In this document: piece after piece, positions 50,208-61,251 of the stretch
How the letters are laid out: every line of letters starts with the position of its first letter
Position numbering within the stretch: the first letter of the stretch is position 1
From: an uncultured delta proteobacterium
Lineage (GTDB): Bacteria > Myxococcota > Myxococcia > Myxococcales > Myxococcaceae
DNA: 64,000 bases
Reading direction: 5' to 3'
Assembly: GCA_963776345.1 (NCBI GenBank)
Contig: CAVZMH010000016.1
Coordinates: 512,001 to 576,000 of the forward strand
The notes under the pieces: generated by a model
The model's input: the letters and a program-made list of their open reading frames with translations, nothing else
Database searches by the model: none
Told to the model about the DNA's origin: nothing
Translations under genes and position numbers: made by a program

Positions 50208-50753
50208 CTAGGTGCTCGTCTTCTCCACCTGCATGAAGTCCAGCTCCACCGGGGTCGCCCGGCCGAAGATGGACACCAGCACCTTCACCCGGCCCTTGTC
50301 CGGGTTCACCTCTTCCACCGTCCCGTTGAAGTTGCTGAACGGACCGTCGATCACCCGGACGGTGTCGCCCTCCTCGAACTGCACCTTCGGCTTGGGCTTG
50401 AGCGTCCCCTCGGAGATCTGGGTGGTCAGCCGCTCCATCTCCCGGTCGGGAATCGGCGGGGGCTGCTCGTTCGCCGCCGCCCCGATGAACCCGGTCACCT
50501 TCGGCGTGTTCTTCACCAGGTGCCAGGTCCGGTCGTTCATCTCCATCTGCACCAGGATGTAGCCGGGGAGGAACTTCCGCTTGGAGGTCTTCTTCTCCCC
50601 CTTCACCATCTCCACCACCTGCTCCACCGGGATCAGGATCTCGCCGAACGAGTCCTGGAGACCCTCCATCCGGATCTTCTCCTCGAGGCTCTTCTTCGCC
50701 TTGTTCTCGAAGCCCGAGTAGGTGTGGACCGCGTACCAGCGCTTGTCGGCCAT
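50208..50753 (-). CDS. nusG: Transcription factor NusG
   Basis: '[11 protein letters not shown]', 'GPFSNFNG', '[12 protein letters not shown]'. Confidence 0.99.
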   Translation of the reverse strand: MADKRWYAVHTYSGFENKAKKSLEEKIRMEGLQDSFGEILIPVEQVVEMVKGEKKTSKRKFLPGYILVQMEMNDRTWHLVKNTPKVTGFIGAAANEQPPPIPDREMERLTTQISEGTLKPKPKVQFEEGDTVRVIDGPFSNFNGTVEEVNPDKGRVKVLVSIFGRATPVELDFMQVEKTST

Positions 50754-51196
50754 CACAGCTTCCCCCACAGGGCGGGCAGCCACTCCACCATCAGCTTGTA
50801 GGACAGCGTGTCGATGGCGAAGAGCACCACGCCCGCCACCAGCGAGGCCACCACCACCGCCACCGTCGAGACCCGCGTCTCCGCGAGGCCGGGCCAGGTC
50901 ACCCGCATCAGCTCCGAGGCGGTCTCGAACGCCAGGTGCCGCACCTTGGAGCTCGCCCAGGCCGCGCCGAGCAGCGCCCCGGTGATCGCCACCGCCACCA
51001 GCGAGCTGTAGGTCCACTCCTCCGCGCCCTCGATCAGCGGCCGGTCCGGCAGCCCCACCGCCACCCAGACCGGGCCGATGACGTGCTTCAGGAACAGCAC
51101 CAGCACGATCGCCAGGCAGAGCGTGAAGATGACCACCAGCCGCTCGGGGGTCATCGCCGAGCGGTTGGCTACCGTCGTTGCGTCGTTGGCTGCCAT
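50753..51196 (-). CDS. secE: Preprotein translocase SecE
   Basis: 'ELMRVTWP'; 3 TM; upstream of nusG. Confidence 0.93.
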   Translation of the reverse strand: MAANDATTVANRSAMTPERLVVIFTLCLAIVLVLFLKHVIGPVWVAVGLPDRPLIEGAEEWTYSSLVAVAITGALLGAAWASSKVRHLAFETASELMRVTWPGLAETRVSTVAVVVASLVAGVVLFAIDTLSYKLMVEWLPALWGKL

Positions 51197-51227
51197 GGCG
51201 TCTTTGGTCCCGTGCGGGTGCTCGAAA

Positions 51228-51303
51228 TGGCAGGCCAGGAGGGATTCGAACCCCCAACACGCGGTTTTGGAGACCGCTGCTCTACCATTGGAGCTACTGG
51301 CCT
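51228..51303 (-). tRNA. tRNA-Trp(CCA)
   Basis: AGGCCAG...TCCAAAA...GGTTCGAATCC...CCTGCCA; 76-nt cloverleaf. Confidence 0.97.
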
Positions 51304-51317
51304 AGAACTGCCCTGCG

Positions 51318-51482
51318 TCAGACCTTTCCTTCCTTGTGGTCCGTGTGCTTCCGGCACCAGGGGCAGAACTTGCTCAGCTCGAGCTTGTCCTGGCTCTTCC
51401 GCCGGTTCTTGGTCGTCGAGTAGTTCCGGCGCTTACACACCGGGCACTCGAGCGAGATGATGCTCCTGTTTCCCTTCGGCAT
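51318..51482 (-). CDS. rpmG: 50S ribosomal protein L33 (Zn-ribbon form; absent from the ORF track)
   Basis: [53 protein letters not shown]. Confidence 0.95.
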   Translation of the reverse strand: MPKGNRSIISLECPVCKRRNYSTTKNRRKSQDKLELSKFCPWCRKHTDHKEGKV

Positions 51483-51594
51483 GACTTCCTCGTTCTCCTG
51501 AACGGCACGGAGGGGAAAGCCACCTGCTCACGCGGTGGCCCTCCCCTCCGAGAGGCCAGACAGCCCCGGCTTCCCGGGGCCGGACATCCTACTC

Positions 51595-52785
<1,191 letters not shown>

Positions 52786-52814
52786 TGTGCTCCTCTATCT
52801 CCTCGAACCTCGAA

Positions 52815-52890
<76 letters not shown>

Positions 52891-52921
52891 TTGCTGCTGG
52901 TCTGTCGCTCCGCCTTCGTGT

Positions 52922-52997
<76 letters not shown>

Positions 52998-53018
52998 CTG
53001 CTGCTCCTCGTGCCTGGT

Positions 53019-53102
<84 letters not shown>

Positions 53103-53165
53103 ATGACTGGTCTCGTACGCCGGCTGCTGCCGCTCTCCTCTCCTACGCCGTCCTGATCGCCTCCT

Positions 53166-53238
53166 GGCCGGCGGCGGGGGTCGAACCCGCGACCTACTGA
53201 TTACAAATCAGTTGCTCTACCTGCTGAGCTACACCGGC
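53166..53238 (-). tRNA. tRNA-Thr(TGT)
   Basis: GCCGGTG...ACTGA-TTTGTAA-TCAGT...CGCCGGC; CCA not cleanly encoded. Confidence 0.93.
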
Positions 53239-53321
53239 AAGCAGCTCGCCGTGGCCCCCAGGGTACACTTCGCCAGGGCCCCGGAAGGGCTGGGCCTTTT
53301 ATGGGACGGACTTGGCCGGAG

Positions 53322-54086
53322 TCAAGGCGAACGCCCGGGCGCCGCCCGCTGCCGGGCCACCTCGTACAGCACCAGCGCCGCGGACACCGAGGCGTTCAGT
53401 GACGCCACCCGTCCGGCCATCGGAATGCGCAGGCGCAGGTCGCAGTGCTTCAGCACTCCGGGTCGCACCCCCGACCCCTCCGCCCCGATGACCACGGCCA
53501 GGGGGCCGTCCAGCCGGGCGTCCCACAGCGCCTGGTCCCCCTCGGGGTCCGCCGCCGCCACCCAGAGCCCCGCCGCCTTGAGCTCCTCCAGCGCCCGGGA
53601 GAGGTTGGTGACCCGCACCACCGGCACGTGCTCCACCGCCCCGGCCGAGGCCCGCGCCACCGTGGCCGTCACCCCCACGGAGCGGTCCTTCGGGAGCACC
53701 ACCCCGTGCACCCCCAGCGCGTCCGCCGAGCGGATGACGGCGCCCAGGTTGTGCGGGTCCTGGACCCCATCCAGCACCACCACCAGCGGCGGACGCCCCG
53801 AGGCATTCGCCGCGGCAAGCAGGTCCTCGAGCCCGGCGTAGGCGAACTCGCGCAGCCGCGCCGCCACGCCCTGGTGCACCCCACCCTCCACCATCGCCTG
53901 GAGCCGCTCGCGGGGAACGCGTTCCACCTTCACCTGCGCCTCGCGGGCCCGGGAGAGGATCTCCGCGGCGGCACGCGGCGGCACGCTCCCCTCCAGCACG
54001 TAGATCCGCTCCACGTCGCCCGGGTGCGCGCGCAGTGCCTCCAGCACCGGGTGGATGCCGTGCACCGTCCGGCTCTCCCCCGGCAT
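53322..54086 (-). CDS. rlmB: 23S rRNA (Gm2251) methyltransferase
   Basis: 'GVHQGV', 'DPHNLGAVIRSA', 'IGAEGSG', 'SLNASVS'. Confidence 0.95.
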   Translation of the reverse strand: MPGESRTVHGIHPVLEALRAHPGDVERIYVLEGSVPPRAAAEILSRAREAQVKVERVPRERLQAMVEGGVHQGVAARLREFAYAGLEDLLAAANASGRPPLVVVLDGVQDPHNLGAVIRSADALGVHGVVLPKDRSVGVTATVARASAGAVEHVPVVRVTNLSRALEELKAAGLWVAAADPEGDQALWDARLDGPLAVVIGAEGSGVRPGVLKHCDLRLRIPMAGRVASLNASVSAALVLYEVARQRAAPGRSP

Positions 54087-54094
54087 CGGCTGGG

Positions 54095-54532
54095 CTACTC
54101 CGCCGTCACCGGGACCGAGAGCGTCTTCTGCTGCCGGAGGCAGGCCTCCGCGGTGCAGACGAAGAACGTCAGCTTCGCCTCCACCGTCCCCGCCCCCTTG
54201 CCCTGGACCGCGAGCGGCACCTCGAAGCGCGGGTCGGGGTACTTCACGGCGGGCGAGGCCTTCCGCACCGAGTCGCCGTAGACGAGCTGGGTCTTCTCCG
54301 GCATCACCGGGCCGGTGCCCGAGAGCTGGATCCGGAGCGGCGCCTCGTCCGAGACGTGCGCGCCCTTGAGGCTCTGGATCTCCAGCACCAGGGTGCCCTT
54401 CTTGCCCGCCGCCACGCGCGCCGTCGTGCCCTCGGTGGTCAGCCGGTAGAGCGTGGTCGGATCCACCTCGGCGGCCAGCGCCAGCGAGGCGACGAGCGCT
54501 CCAGCCATCAGGGTCAGTCTCGAAAGCCGCAT
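54095..54532 (-). CDS. Secreted protein with an Ig-like fold (DsbD-N-like CxxxxC)
   Basis: Signal peptide; 'GAHVSDEAP', 'FFVCTAEACL'. Confidence 0.7.
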   Translation of the reverse strand: MRLSRLTLMAGALVASLALAAEVDPTTLYRLTTEGTTARVAAGKKGTLVLEIQSLKGAHVSDEAPLRIQLSGTGPVMPEKTQLVYGDSVRKASPAVKYPDPRFEVPLAVQGKGAGTVEAKLTFFVCTAEACLRQQKTLSVPVTAE

Positions 54533-54547
54533 CGACCGGTCACCCTA

Positions 54548-55513
54548 TCAAGAAGCCCCGGCCCGCTTCATCGCGCGAGGCGCCGGGTGCGCCCGCCTGG
54601 ACATCGCCGGCAGCGGGGAAGGGTCGAGCGCCGGGGGCCGCTCTCGGGCCAGCTGCTCGGCCCGGACGATGACCGGGGTGGCGAGGTCCTCCCCCACCGC
54701 TTTCTCCATCTCGGCCAGGCCGGGGCTGGAGTGCACCTCGAAGATCTTGAGTCGCCCCCGCACGTCGAGCATGTCCACCGCCGCCACCTCGAGGCCGATC
54801 AGCCGCGCGGCCTCGGTCGCCACCCGCCGCTGCGCATCGGTCAGGGGGATGCGCTCGAACCGCGCGCCCCGGTTCAGGGTGTGGGCGAGGCGGTTCATCC
54901 GCGGCCGGCGCCGCACCGCCGCCAGCGGCGTCCCGCCGACGACCAGCACCCGCACGTCCCGGCCCGCCTTCCGCACGTACTCCTGGATCAGGAGGTTGTG
55001 GCCGAGCCCGAGGATGGCCTCCAGCGCCGCCTCCAGCGAGTTGAGCGTCTCGCAGACCATCACCCCGCGCTCGTCGCCGCCGCCGAGCAGCTTCACCAGG
55101 ACCGGCACCCCGCCGACGAGCTGCACCATCGCCTTGAGGTCCCCGGCGCTCCTCGCCATCACCGTGGCCGGGACCGAGATGCCGTGCGCCGACAGCAGCT
55201 GCAGGCAGCGCATCTTGTTCCGTGCCTGCGCGATGGCGGCGGCGGTGTTCATCACCGGCACGCCCAGCATCCCGTACTGGTTCACCACCGCCAGGCCGTA
55301 GCTGGTGATGGACTGGGCGATGCGCGGGAGCACCACGTCCGGGAGCGCGAGCCGTCGCCGCCGGTAGAGAAGGTGTCCGCGCGCCCCGTCGAGGTGCATC
55401 TCCACCTGCACCGGGTCCAGCACCCGCACCGAGTGCCCGCGCGCCCGCGCCGCGGCCACCAGCCGGGCGGTGGACGGCACCGAGACGGAGCGCGAGAGGA
55501 TCGTCAGTCGCAC
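54548..55513 (-). CDS. rimK: RimK-family ATP-grasp alpha-L-glutamate ligase
   Basis: 'ILSR', 'PRIAQSITSYG', 'ARNK', 'IQEY', 'DVRVLVVG', 'EVHSSPG'. Confidence 0.85.
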   Translation of the reverse strand: MRLTILSRSVSVPSTARLVAAARARGHSVRVLDPVQVEMHLDGARGHLLYRRRRLALPDVVLPRIAQSITSYGLAVVNQYGMLGVPVMNTAAAIAQARNKMRCLQLLSAHGISVPATVMARSAGDLKAMVQLVGGVPVLVKLLGGGDERGVMVCETLNSLEAALEAILGLGHNLLIQEYVRKAGRDVRVLVVGGTPLAAVRRRPRMNRLAHTLNRGARFERIPLTDAQRRVATEAARLIGLEVAAVDMLDVRGRLKIFEVHSSPGLAEMEKAVGEDLATPVIVRAEQLARERPPALDPSPLPAMSRRAHPAPRAMKRAGAS

Positions 55514-55614
55514 GACGCCGGCGACGGTATGACCCGGGCGCCCGCGGCGGCAAGCAGCGGGTGGAGGGTGACCGGCCCGGGGCCCGGATCAGCGGGGCGC
55601 TGCGTCGACGGCAC

Positions 55615-56949
55615 TCAGATGACGTTCAGGACCCGGATCTGCACGTTGACCGGGTTCGCCGCGGTCGACGCCTTCAGCTGCTCGCAGATCGGCTTCCCCG
55701 CCACGAACTCGACCGCGGGGCCGGGCTGGCCCGTCACCGAGGTCGTCTGCCCGGGCGGGACGTAGACCCAGGTGTCCGCGCCAGGCTGGATGGACTGACC
55801 GTTCACCAGCACGCTGAGGAGCGAGACGTCGGTCGGGATCTGGGTCAGGGGCCGCTCGCACACCCCCGCCACTGGCGCGGTGATCTGCTTCAGGACCTGT
55901 CCGAGACTCGAAGCGTCGTTGGCCTGGTAGTACTGCTTGGTGCACAGGCCGGTCGCCAGGTCGCAGGGGTTGTCGGACCCGCAGGGCTGGTTGGGCGTCG
56001 GGTCCTGCGCCGTCCCCGGGCACACCCGCGGCCGCTTGAAGGCGCCGGCCACGGCGATCCGCTGCAGGGTGTCGCGCGCCGAGGCAGTTCCCGTCTCCGC
56101 GCCGAACCCCACGACAAACGTCTGCACCTTTTCCCCGGCGAGGAACTGCACCGCCTTCACGGAGTTGTCGACGTCGAGGCAGCCCGCCCCGGCAAACGGG
56201 GGGATGTTTGCCGCGCAGTCGTCCACCGCGGGGCCGAACGTGCACTGACAGGCGAGCGTGCCAGCCAGGCTTGCCAGGGCCGCGTCGCAGTTGGGCAGCC
56301 CGTCGGTGAAGAGGATGACGATCTCCTCGCGCGTCTGGTCGTTCACCAGCTCCTGGACCGTCCCCAGGAAGGCGAGGCTCGCGGCCGTCGGTGTCCCGCC
56401 ACCCGTCCCCGTGGGCCCGGGCGGGTTGCTGCTCTGGATCGTGTCCAGGCCGGCCTTGGTCGCATCGGCGGCGGCCTGCAGGGTCGCGTCGTCGTCCGAG
56501 CTCGTGGTGGGCAGCGGGCTGGTCTGCTTCGTGGCCGGGCCGCAGCCGGCGTTGTTCTCCGGCTCGGGGAAGAGCGAGAGTCCGTAACGGCCGATCAGCG
56601 GGAAGTCGGTGATGTACTTGTCGAGCGCCTTGACGAGCTCGCTCCACCGGGTGGGGCACACCGAGGTGTTGCAGGGGTTCGTCTTCTGCGGATCGCCGCA
56701 GAGCGGGCCGTTGATGCCGCCGACGTGGCAGGCGGCGATCGTCGGATCGACCGGCTGGTCCATCGACCCCGACTTGTCCACCAGCAGCATGAAGTTCGGC
56801 TTGTTCGCCACGGCCTGCACGTCCACGCTGGTCTGGGTCTGCCCGATGGAGAGCGGCTTGACCGGCTCGAAGTCGTAGGTCTGGCAGGCGCTGGCTGCGA
56901 GCACGAGCGCGAGGACGGCGGCACCACGGAGGACGGGCGAGGTGGGCAT
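55615..56949 (-). CDS. cglB: CglB-like vWA-domain gliding-motility lipoprotein (copy 1)
   Basis: Lipobox 'AASAC-QTYDFEPV', MIDAS 'LLVDKSGSM', 'CPTRWSEL', 'GGTPTA', 'FTDGLPNC'; beside the rlmB/tuf region. Confidence 0.75.
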   Translation of the reverse strand: MPTSPVLRGAAVLALVLAASACQTYDFEPVKPLSIGQTQTSVDVQAVANKPNFMLLVDKSGSMDQPVDPTIAACHVGGINGPLCGDPQKTNPCNTSVCPTRWSELVKALDKYITDFPLIGRYGLSLFPEPENNAGCGPATKQTSPLPTTSSDDDATLQAAADATKAGLDTIQSSNPPGPTGTGGGTPTAASLAFLGTVQELVNDQTREEIVILFTDGLPNCDAALASLAGTLACQCTFGPAVDDCAANIPPFAGAGCLDVDNSVKAVQFLAGEKVQTFVVGFGAETGTASARDTLQRIAVAGAFKRPRVCPGTAQDPTPNQPCGSDNPCDLATGLCTKQYYQANDASSLGQVLKQITAPVAGVCERPLTQIPTDVSLLSVLVNGQSIQPGADTWVYVPPGQTTSVTGQPGPAVEFVAGKPICEQLKASTAANPVNVQIRVLNVI

Positions 56950-57113
56950 GCGCGAGGCCCGAGCATACCCGCTCGGGCGTCCGGCAGCCCATTTCGGCGC
57001 ACATCCCACATCCGCCGACCGTGCCCTTCAGCGCGCCGGTCCGACAGGGCTCGGCCCAGTCCCGAGACGCCCCGGGCTCGGGCGCCGGAGGCGGGGGGCG
57101 CCACGGCTCCAGC

Positions 57114-58388
57114 TCAGAGCACGCGGAGGATGCGGAGGTCGAGCTGCACCGGAGCCTGGGCCGTGGAGTCCTCGATGGCGGTGCACAGCGGTCCGAGGAA
57201 GCGGATCGCCGGGCCGCCATCGGCCGGGGCCACGTACTGCCAGGTGTCCGGGCCCGGCTGGTACCGGGTGCCGTTCAGCGTGAGGAGGATCAGGTCCTCG
57301 GAGGTGGGGGCCGGCGAGATGGCCCGCAGGCACGGCTCGCGGTCGAGGTTCGCGGTGATGTCTGCGAGCGCCGCGCCGAGCTCGGTGCTGTCCTCCGCCT
57401 GGTAGTACTGCCGGAGGCACACCCCGCCCTGGCACGGGTTGCTCGGCCCGCAGGGCTGGTCGTGCTGTGGACCGGGGCAGCGCCGCGGGTAGGCCCCGGC
57501 GAGCGCCAGGTCCTGGAGCACGATGGGCGCCTGCACCCCGCCGTCGCTGCCGCCCCGGGTCTCGTCCCCGAAGCCGATGACCACGAGGTGGACGCCGCGC
57601 GAGGAGAGGTCCTGCACCGCCTGCACCGTCCGGTCCTTGTCCAGGCAGTCGAAGCTCACGCTGGAGGCCGGCGGACAGCTGTCCGCCGTGGTGGTGCAGA
57701 CGCAGCTCGCCGTCGGGATGGAGCCGTTGCAGTTGGGGAGGCCATCGGTGAGCAGCAGGACGAGGTCGAGCCGGAGCGGGTTCAGCAGCGGCGTGTAGGT
57801 CGAGAAGAACTGGAGGCTCGGTCCCGTCGGCGTCGCTCCGCCGGTCCCCACGGGCCCGGGCGGGTTCTGGCTCTTCACCGAGGCCAGCGCCGTCCGCGCC
57901 GCCGTGGAGAGCGTCGAGAGGGTCGCCGCCGAGTCGTCGTTCGGGTCGGCCGGGAGGTCCACCCGCGCCGCGGTGGTGGGGACGCAGTTGGGCTGATCCA
58001 CCCCCGTGACCGGCTCGGGGAAGAAGGAGAGGCCGAACCGCACCGTCTGCGCCTGCGCCTGAAGGAACGAGTCGAGGGCCAGGCTCAGCTCGCTCCAGCG
58101 CGTCGGGCAGGTCGTCACGTTGCAGGGATTGCTCTTGGCGGTGTCACCCGAGCCGCACAGCGTCCCGTTCTGGGTGCAGGCCGGCAGCGACGGAAGGACG
58201 GGCAGATCCATCGAGCCCGACTTGTCCACCAGCACCATGACGTTCGGCTTGAACTTCTTGACCACGATCGGCGTGCTGCTCTGCTCCTGCGACACCGAGA
58301 GCGGCTCGACCGGGATGAAGTCGTAGCTCTGGCAGGCGACGGCCATGAGCAGGCAGGCGACGACGAGGGCGGACGAGCGGAAACGCAT
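57114..58388 (-). CDS. cglB: CglB-like vWA-domain lipoprotein (copy 2)
   Basis: 'AVAC-QSYDFIPVEPL', 'VLVDKSGSM', 'CPTRWSEL', 'LTDGLPNC'; collinear with copy 1. Confidence 0.7.
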   Translation of the reverse strand: MRFRSSALVVACLLMAVACQSYDFIPVEPLSVSQEQSSTPIVVKKFKPNVMVLVDKSGSMDLPVLPSLPACTQNGTLCGSGDTAKSNPCNVTTCPTRWSELSLALDSFLQAQAQTVRFGLSFFPEPVTGVDQPNCVPTTAARVDLPADPNDDSAATLSTLSTAARTALASVKSQNPPGPVGTGGATPTGPSLQFFSTYTPLLNPLRLDLVLLLTDGLPNCNGSIPTASCVCTTTADSCPPASSVSFDCLDKDRTVQAVQDLSSRGVHLVVIGFGDETRGGSDGGVQAPIVLQDLALAGAYPRRCPGPQHDQPCGPSNPCQGGVCLRQYYQAEDSTELGAALADITANLDREPCLRAISPAPTSEDLILLTLNGTRYQPGPDTWQYVAPADGGPAIRFLGPLCTAIEDSTAQAPVQLDLRILRVL

Positions 58389-58427
58389 CGCTGGAACGGC
58401 ACCAGCGTACCAGGCAACACCGAGGTG

Positions 58428-58820
58428 TCAGAAGGTGAGCACGCGTGCGCCCTCGGTGAGCCGCCACAGCGCTGCCAGGCCCAGCACCTCGTCCAGCACC
58501 CGCTCGGCCTCGGCCAGCGAGACGCCGGCGAGCTTGAGCATGGTGTCGCAGGCGATGCACCGGGCCCCGAGCCCGCGCGCCTCGGACAGGAGCTGCGCCG
58601 GCGGAGGCACCCCCACCCCCTCGGCCCGCGCCCCCTCGGCCATCTCGCGGTCGGACTGGGCGCGCCCGAGGTCGCCGCGGCAGAGCTGCCGCAGGGCCTC
58701 GAAGGCGAAGACGAACACCACCTCGTCCCCCAGCGCCGCCGCGGTGATGCCCATGGACGCCGCCTGGTAGGCCGGCTCGTATCCGCCGCGCTGCACGATG
58801 AACATCACCCGTCCGGCCAT
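58428..58820 (-). CDS. DsrE/DsrF-like protein
   Basis: 'AAALGDEVVFVFAFEAL', 'GARCIAC', 'EGARVLTF'. Confidence 0.75.
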   Translation of the reverse strand: MAGRVMFIVQRGGYEPAYQAASMGITAAALGDEVVFVFAFEALRQLCRGDLGRAQSDREMAEGARAEGVGVPPPAQLLSEARGLGARCIACDTMLKLAGVSLAEAERVLDEVLGLAALWRLTEGARVLTF

Positions 58821-58854
58821 GTCCCGCCCCGAGGGTACACTCCGGCGCCATCCG

Positions 58855-59403
58855 ATGTCCCGGCTCGCTCCCGCCCTGCTGCTCGCCTGCCTCTGCACCC
58901 CGGGGTGTGCGCGCTCGGTCGGTCCGGCGCGCTCGAGCGAGGAGGCGCGGGCGCGCGTCGCCGCGCTCCTGGACGCGCCGGACGCGGGCCCACCCGAGTT
59001 CGCCGGCGTCGGCCCCGAGGCCGTCCCGGCGCTCCAGGCCGAGCTGCTGGATCCGCAGACGAGCCAGGCCCGGCGCCTCGCCGCTGCGCGCGCGCTGGCC
59101 GGGCTCCCGGGCGGGGCGGGCCTCGCCGCCCTGGGCGACGCGGTGGCCTCGCCCCGGCTCGACCCGGGGCTGCGCGACGCGGTGGCCGAGGAGCTCGGTT
59201 CGCACGATCGGGACCAGGCCGTGGCCCGTCTCGGGCCGCTGCTCGGCGCGACGGATCCGTCGATCCGGTCGGCCGCGGCGCGGGGCCTCGGGCGCGCCGG
59301 CGGGGCCGCGGCTCGCAAGTCGCTCGAGGACCGGTTAGAGCGCGAGGAGGACCCGGGGGTGCGCGAGCGGCTCCAGGCGTCCCTTGCCCAGTCCCAGCCC
59401 TGA
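58855..59403 (+). CDS. HEAT-repeat lipoprotein
   Basis: Lipobox-like 'TPGC'; 'DPSIRSAAARGLG', 'DPGVRERLQASL'. Confidence 0.7.
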   Translation: MSRLAPALLLACLCTPGCARSVGPARSSEEARARVAALLDAPDAGPPEFAGVGPEAVPALQAELLDPQTSQARRLAAARALAGLPGGAGLAALGDAVASPRLDPGLRDAVAEELGSHDRDQAVARLGPLLGATDPSIRSAAARGLGRAGGAAARKSLEDRLEREEDPGVRERLQASLAQSQP

Positions 59404-59405
59404 AC

Positions 59406-60104
59406 ATGCGACCCACCGTCCTCCTCTTCGACGTCGATGGCACCCTGGTCACCACCGGGGGCGTCGGCCGCCGCGCGCTGGAGATCGCCTTCGAGCGCTC
59501 CTTCGGCCGGCGCGACGCCTGCCGGAGCTTCCGGCTCGACGGGATGACCGACCGGGCCATCGTCCGGACCGGGATGCGGGCCATCGAGGTGGAGCCGACC
59601 GAGGCGCTGATCGACCAGGTGCTGGCCGACTACCTCCTGGTGCTCGCCGAGGAGGTCGCCGCCGCGCCCGACGCCTCGTACCGGGTACACGCCGGCATGG
59701 GCGAGACGCTCGACGCGGCCGGCGGGCGTCGCGAGATCGCGGTGGGCCTCGGCACCGGGAACATCCGCCAGGGCGCGCGCATCAAGCTCGAGCGGGTGGG
59801 CATCTACCACCGCTTCGCCTTCGGCGGCTTCGGGTGCGACGCCGAGGACCGCATCGCGCTCATCCGCCGTGGCGCCGAGCGCGGGGCGGCCCTGCTCGGC
59901 GCGCCGACCGAGGCGTGCCGGGTGGTCGTCATCGGCGACACCCCCAAGGACGTCGCGGCGGCGCAGTCCATCGGCGCCGAGTCCATCGGCGTGGGGACCG
60001 GGAGCTTCTCCGCCGAGCAGCTGCTCGCCGCCGGAGCGACCCGCGCCTTCGCGACACTCGCCGCCGCCGGGGCGCTCGCGGCGGTGCTCGGAGACGCCCG
60101 CTGA
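59406..60104 (+). CDS. HAD-superfamily hydrolase
   Basis: 'LFDVDGTL', 'TGN', 'IGDTPKD'. Confidence 0.9.
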   Translation: MRPTVLLFDVDGTLVTTGGVGRRALEIAFERSFGRRDACRSFRLDGMTDRAIVRTGMRAIEVEPTEALIDQVLADYLLVLAEEVAAAPDASYRVHAGMGETLDAAGGRREIAVGLGTGNIRQGARIKLERVGIYHRFAFGGFGCDAEDRIALIRRGAERGAALLGAPTEACRVVVIGDTPKDVAAAQSIGAESIGVGTGSFSAEQLLAAGATRAFATLAAAGALAAVLGDAR

Positions 60105-60148
60105 CCCCGCCGCCGTCGGTCCGCGCCGCGTGGACGCTCCTCGGGAAC

Positions 60149-61246
60149 GTGGAGGGGCTCGCCGCCCGGCTGCGCGCGGCCGCCGACGCGCTCGACGCGG
60201 GCTCCGACATCGAGGCCGGCTGGCTCCGCGGGGCGGCGGCGCTGCTCGAGCGCGGCGCGGCAGCGCGGACCTCCGCCCGGACGAGCGCGGTGTGGCTCGA
60301 GGAGCTCGGCCCGGAGGCCCGGGCCCGGAAGGCCGCGCTCCTCTCGGCCTGGGTCGCCGCGGCCGAGGCGCTCCGCGCGGCGGTGCACCTCCACGAGTCG
60401 GAGCGGGGCCCCCTGGTGGAGGCGCTGTTCCCGGAGTGGCGCGCGCCCTCGCTGCGGAGGCACGCCGACCAGGCGCTCGAGGCGGAGGCAGATCTCCAGC
60501 GCCGGCTCTGCTCCGCCTACGTCGTCCGACGGCTCGACGAGCGCGCCACCGAGACGGCGCTCCGCCCCGCCCTCGAGGCGCTCGAGGCGGCGCGCGCGGC
60601 CTGGGCGGCGGAGCGTGACCGCCTTGCCCTCGCCGGCCCGGAGGCGGACCAGGTCCGGAGCCAGCTGCTGGCGGTCGCCGTGGAGAGCGCCCGCACGCTG
60701 GACCGCGTGCGCTGGGTCGTGCGCGGCGCGCTGGCGGGCCGGCCGGAGCTTGTCGAGGCCGTGTTCCCGGGACGGGCCCGTGCGCCGGCGCCCGCCTCGG
60801 ACCCGAGCTCGGGGGACCTCGTCGAGCCGACCACACCCTCGGCGGAGGCGGACGCTCACCCGGCGCCCGGGGCCGAGGCGCCGCCGGCGCGCCCCGAGGC
60901 CGCTGGCTCCACGCCCGCGAGCCTCGCGCCGGAGCCGACGCACGTGCCTCCCCGGGTGAAGCGGCCTCGCCGCGCCCGGCCCGAGCGCTCCACGGACGCG
61001 CACTCCGTTCCCCGGCCACCGGAGGCCGCGGCGGCCGAGCCGGAGAAGGCAGCCCCGGCGACCCGCCCAGCTCGCTCCGGGCCGCCGGCGCTCGCCTCTC
61101 GCGAGTCCGGAGGCGGGCGCCGTCGGGCGGCGCGTCCCGAGAAGGGCACACCCCCGGCGCAGGACACTCCCTCGACGGCACCCGCCCGGCGCGCCTCCCC
61201 CAGGACGGGGTCTCCCGGAGGCTCGCCGCCGGCCCGCCGGAGCTGA
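60149..61246 (+). CDS. Hypothetical helical protein with a Pro/Ala/Arg-rich disordered tail
   Basis: GC3-biased frame between the HAD gene and hrpB; start uncertain. Confidence 0.55.
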   Translation: MEGLAARLRAAADALDAGSDIEAGWLRGAAALLERGAAARTSARTSAVWLEELGPEARARKAALLSAWVAAAEALRAAVHLHESERGPLVEALFPEWRAPSLRRHADQALEAEADLQRRLCSAYVVRRLDERATETALRPALEALEAARAAWAAERDRLALAGPEADQVRSQLLAVAVESARTLDRVRWVVRGALAGRPELVEAVFPGRARAPAPASDPSSGDLVEPTTPSAEADAHPAPGAEAPPARPEAAGSTPASLAPEPTHVPPRVKRPRRARPERSTDAHSVPRPPEAAAAEPEKAAPATRPARSGPPALASRESGGGRRRAARPEKGTPPAQDTPSTAPARRASPRTGSPGGSPPARRS

Positions 61247-61251
61247 GGGCG

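Noticed and set aside
58400..58415. Sigma54 promoter upstream of cglB copy 2 (TGGTACGCTGGTGC)
   Set aside because: GG-to-GC spacing is 9, not the required 10.
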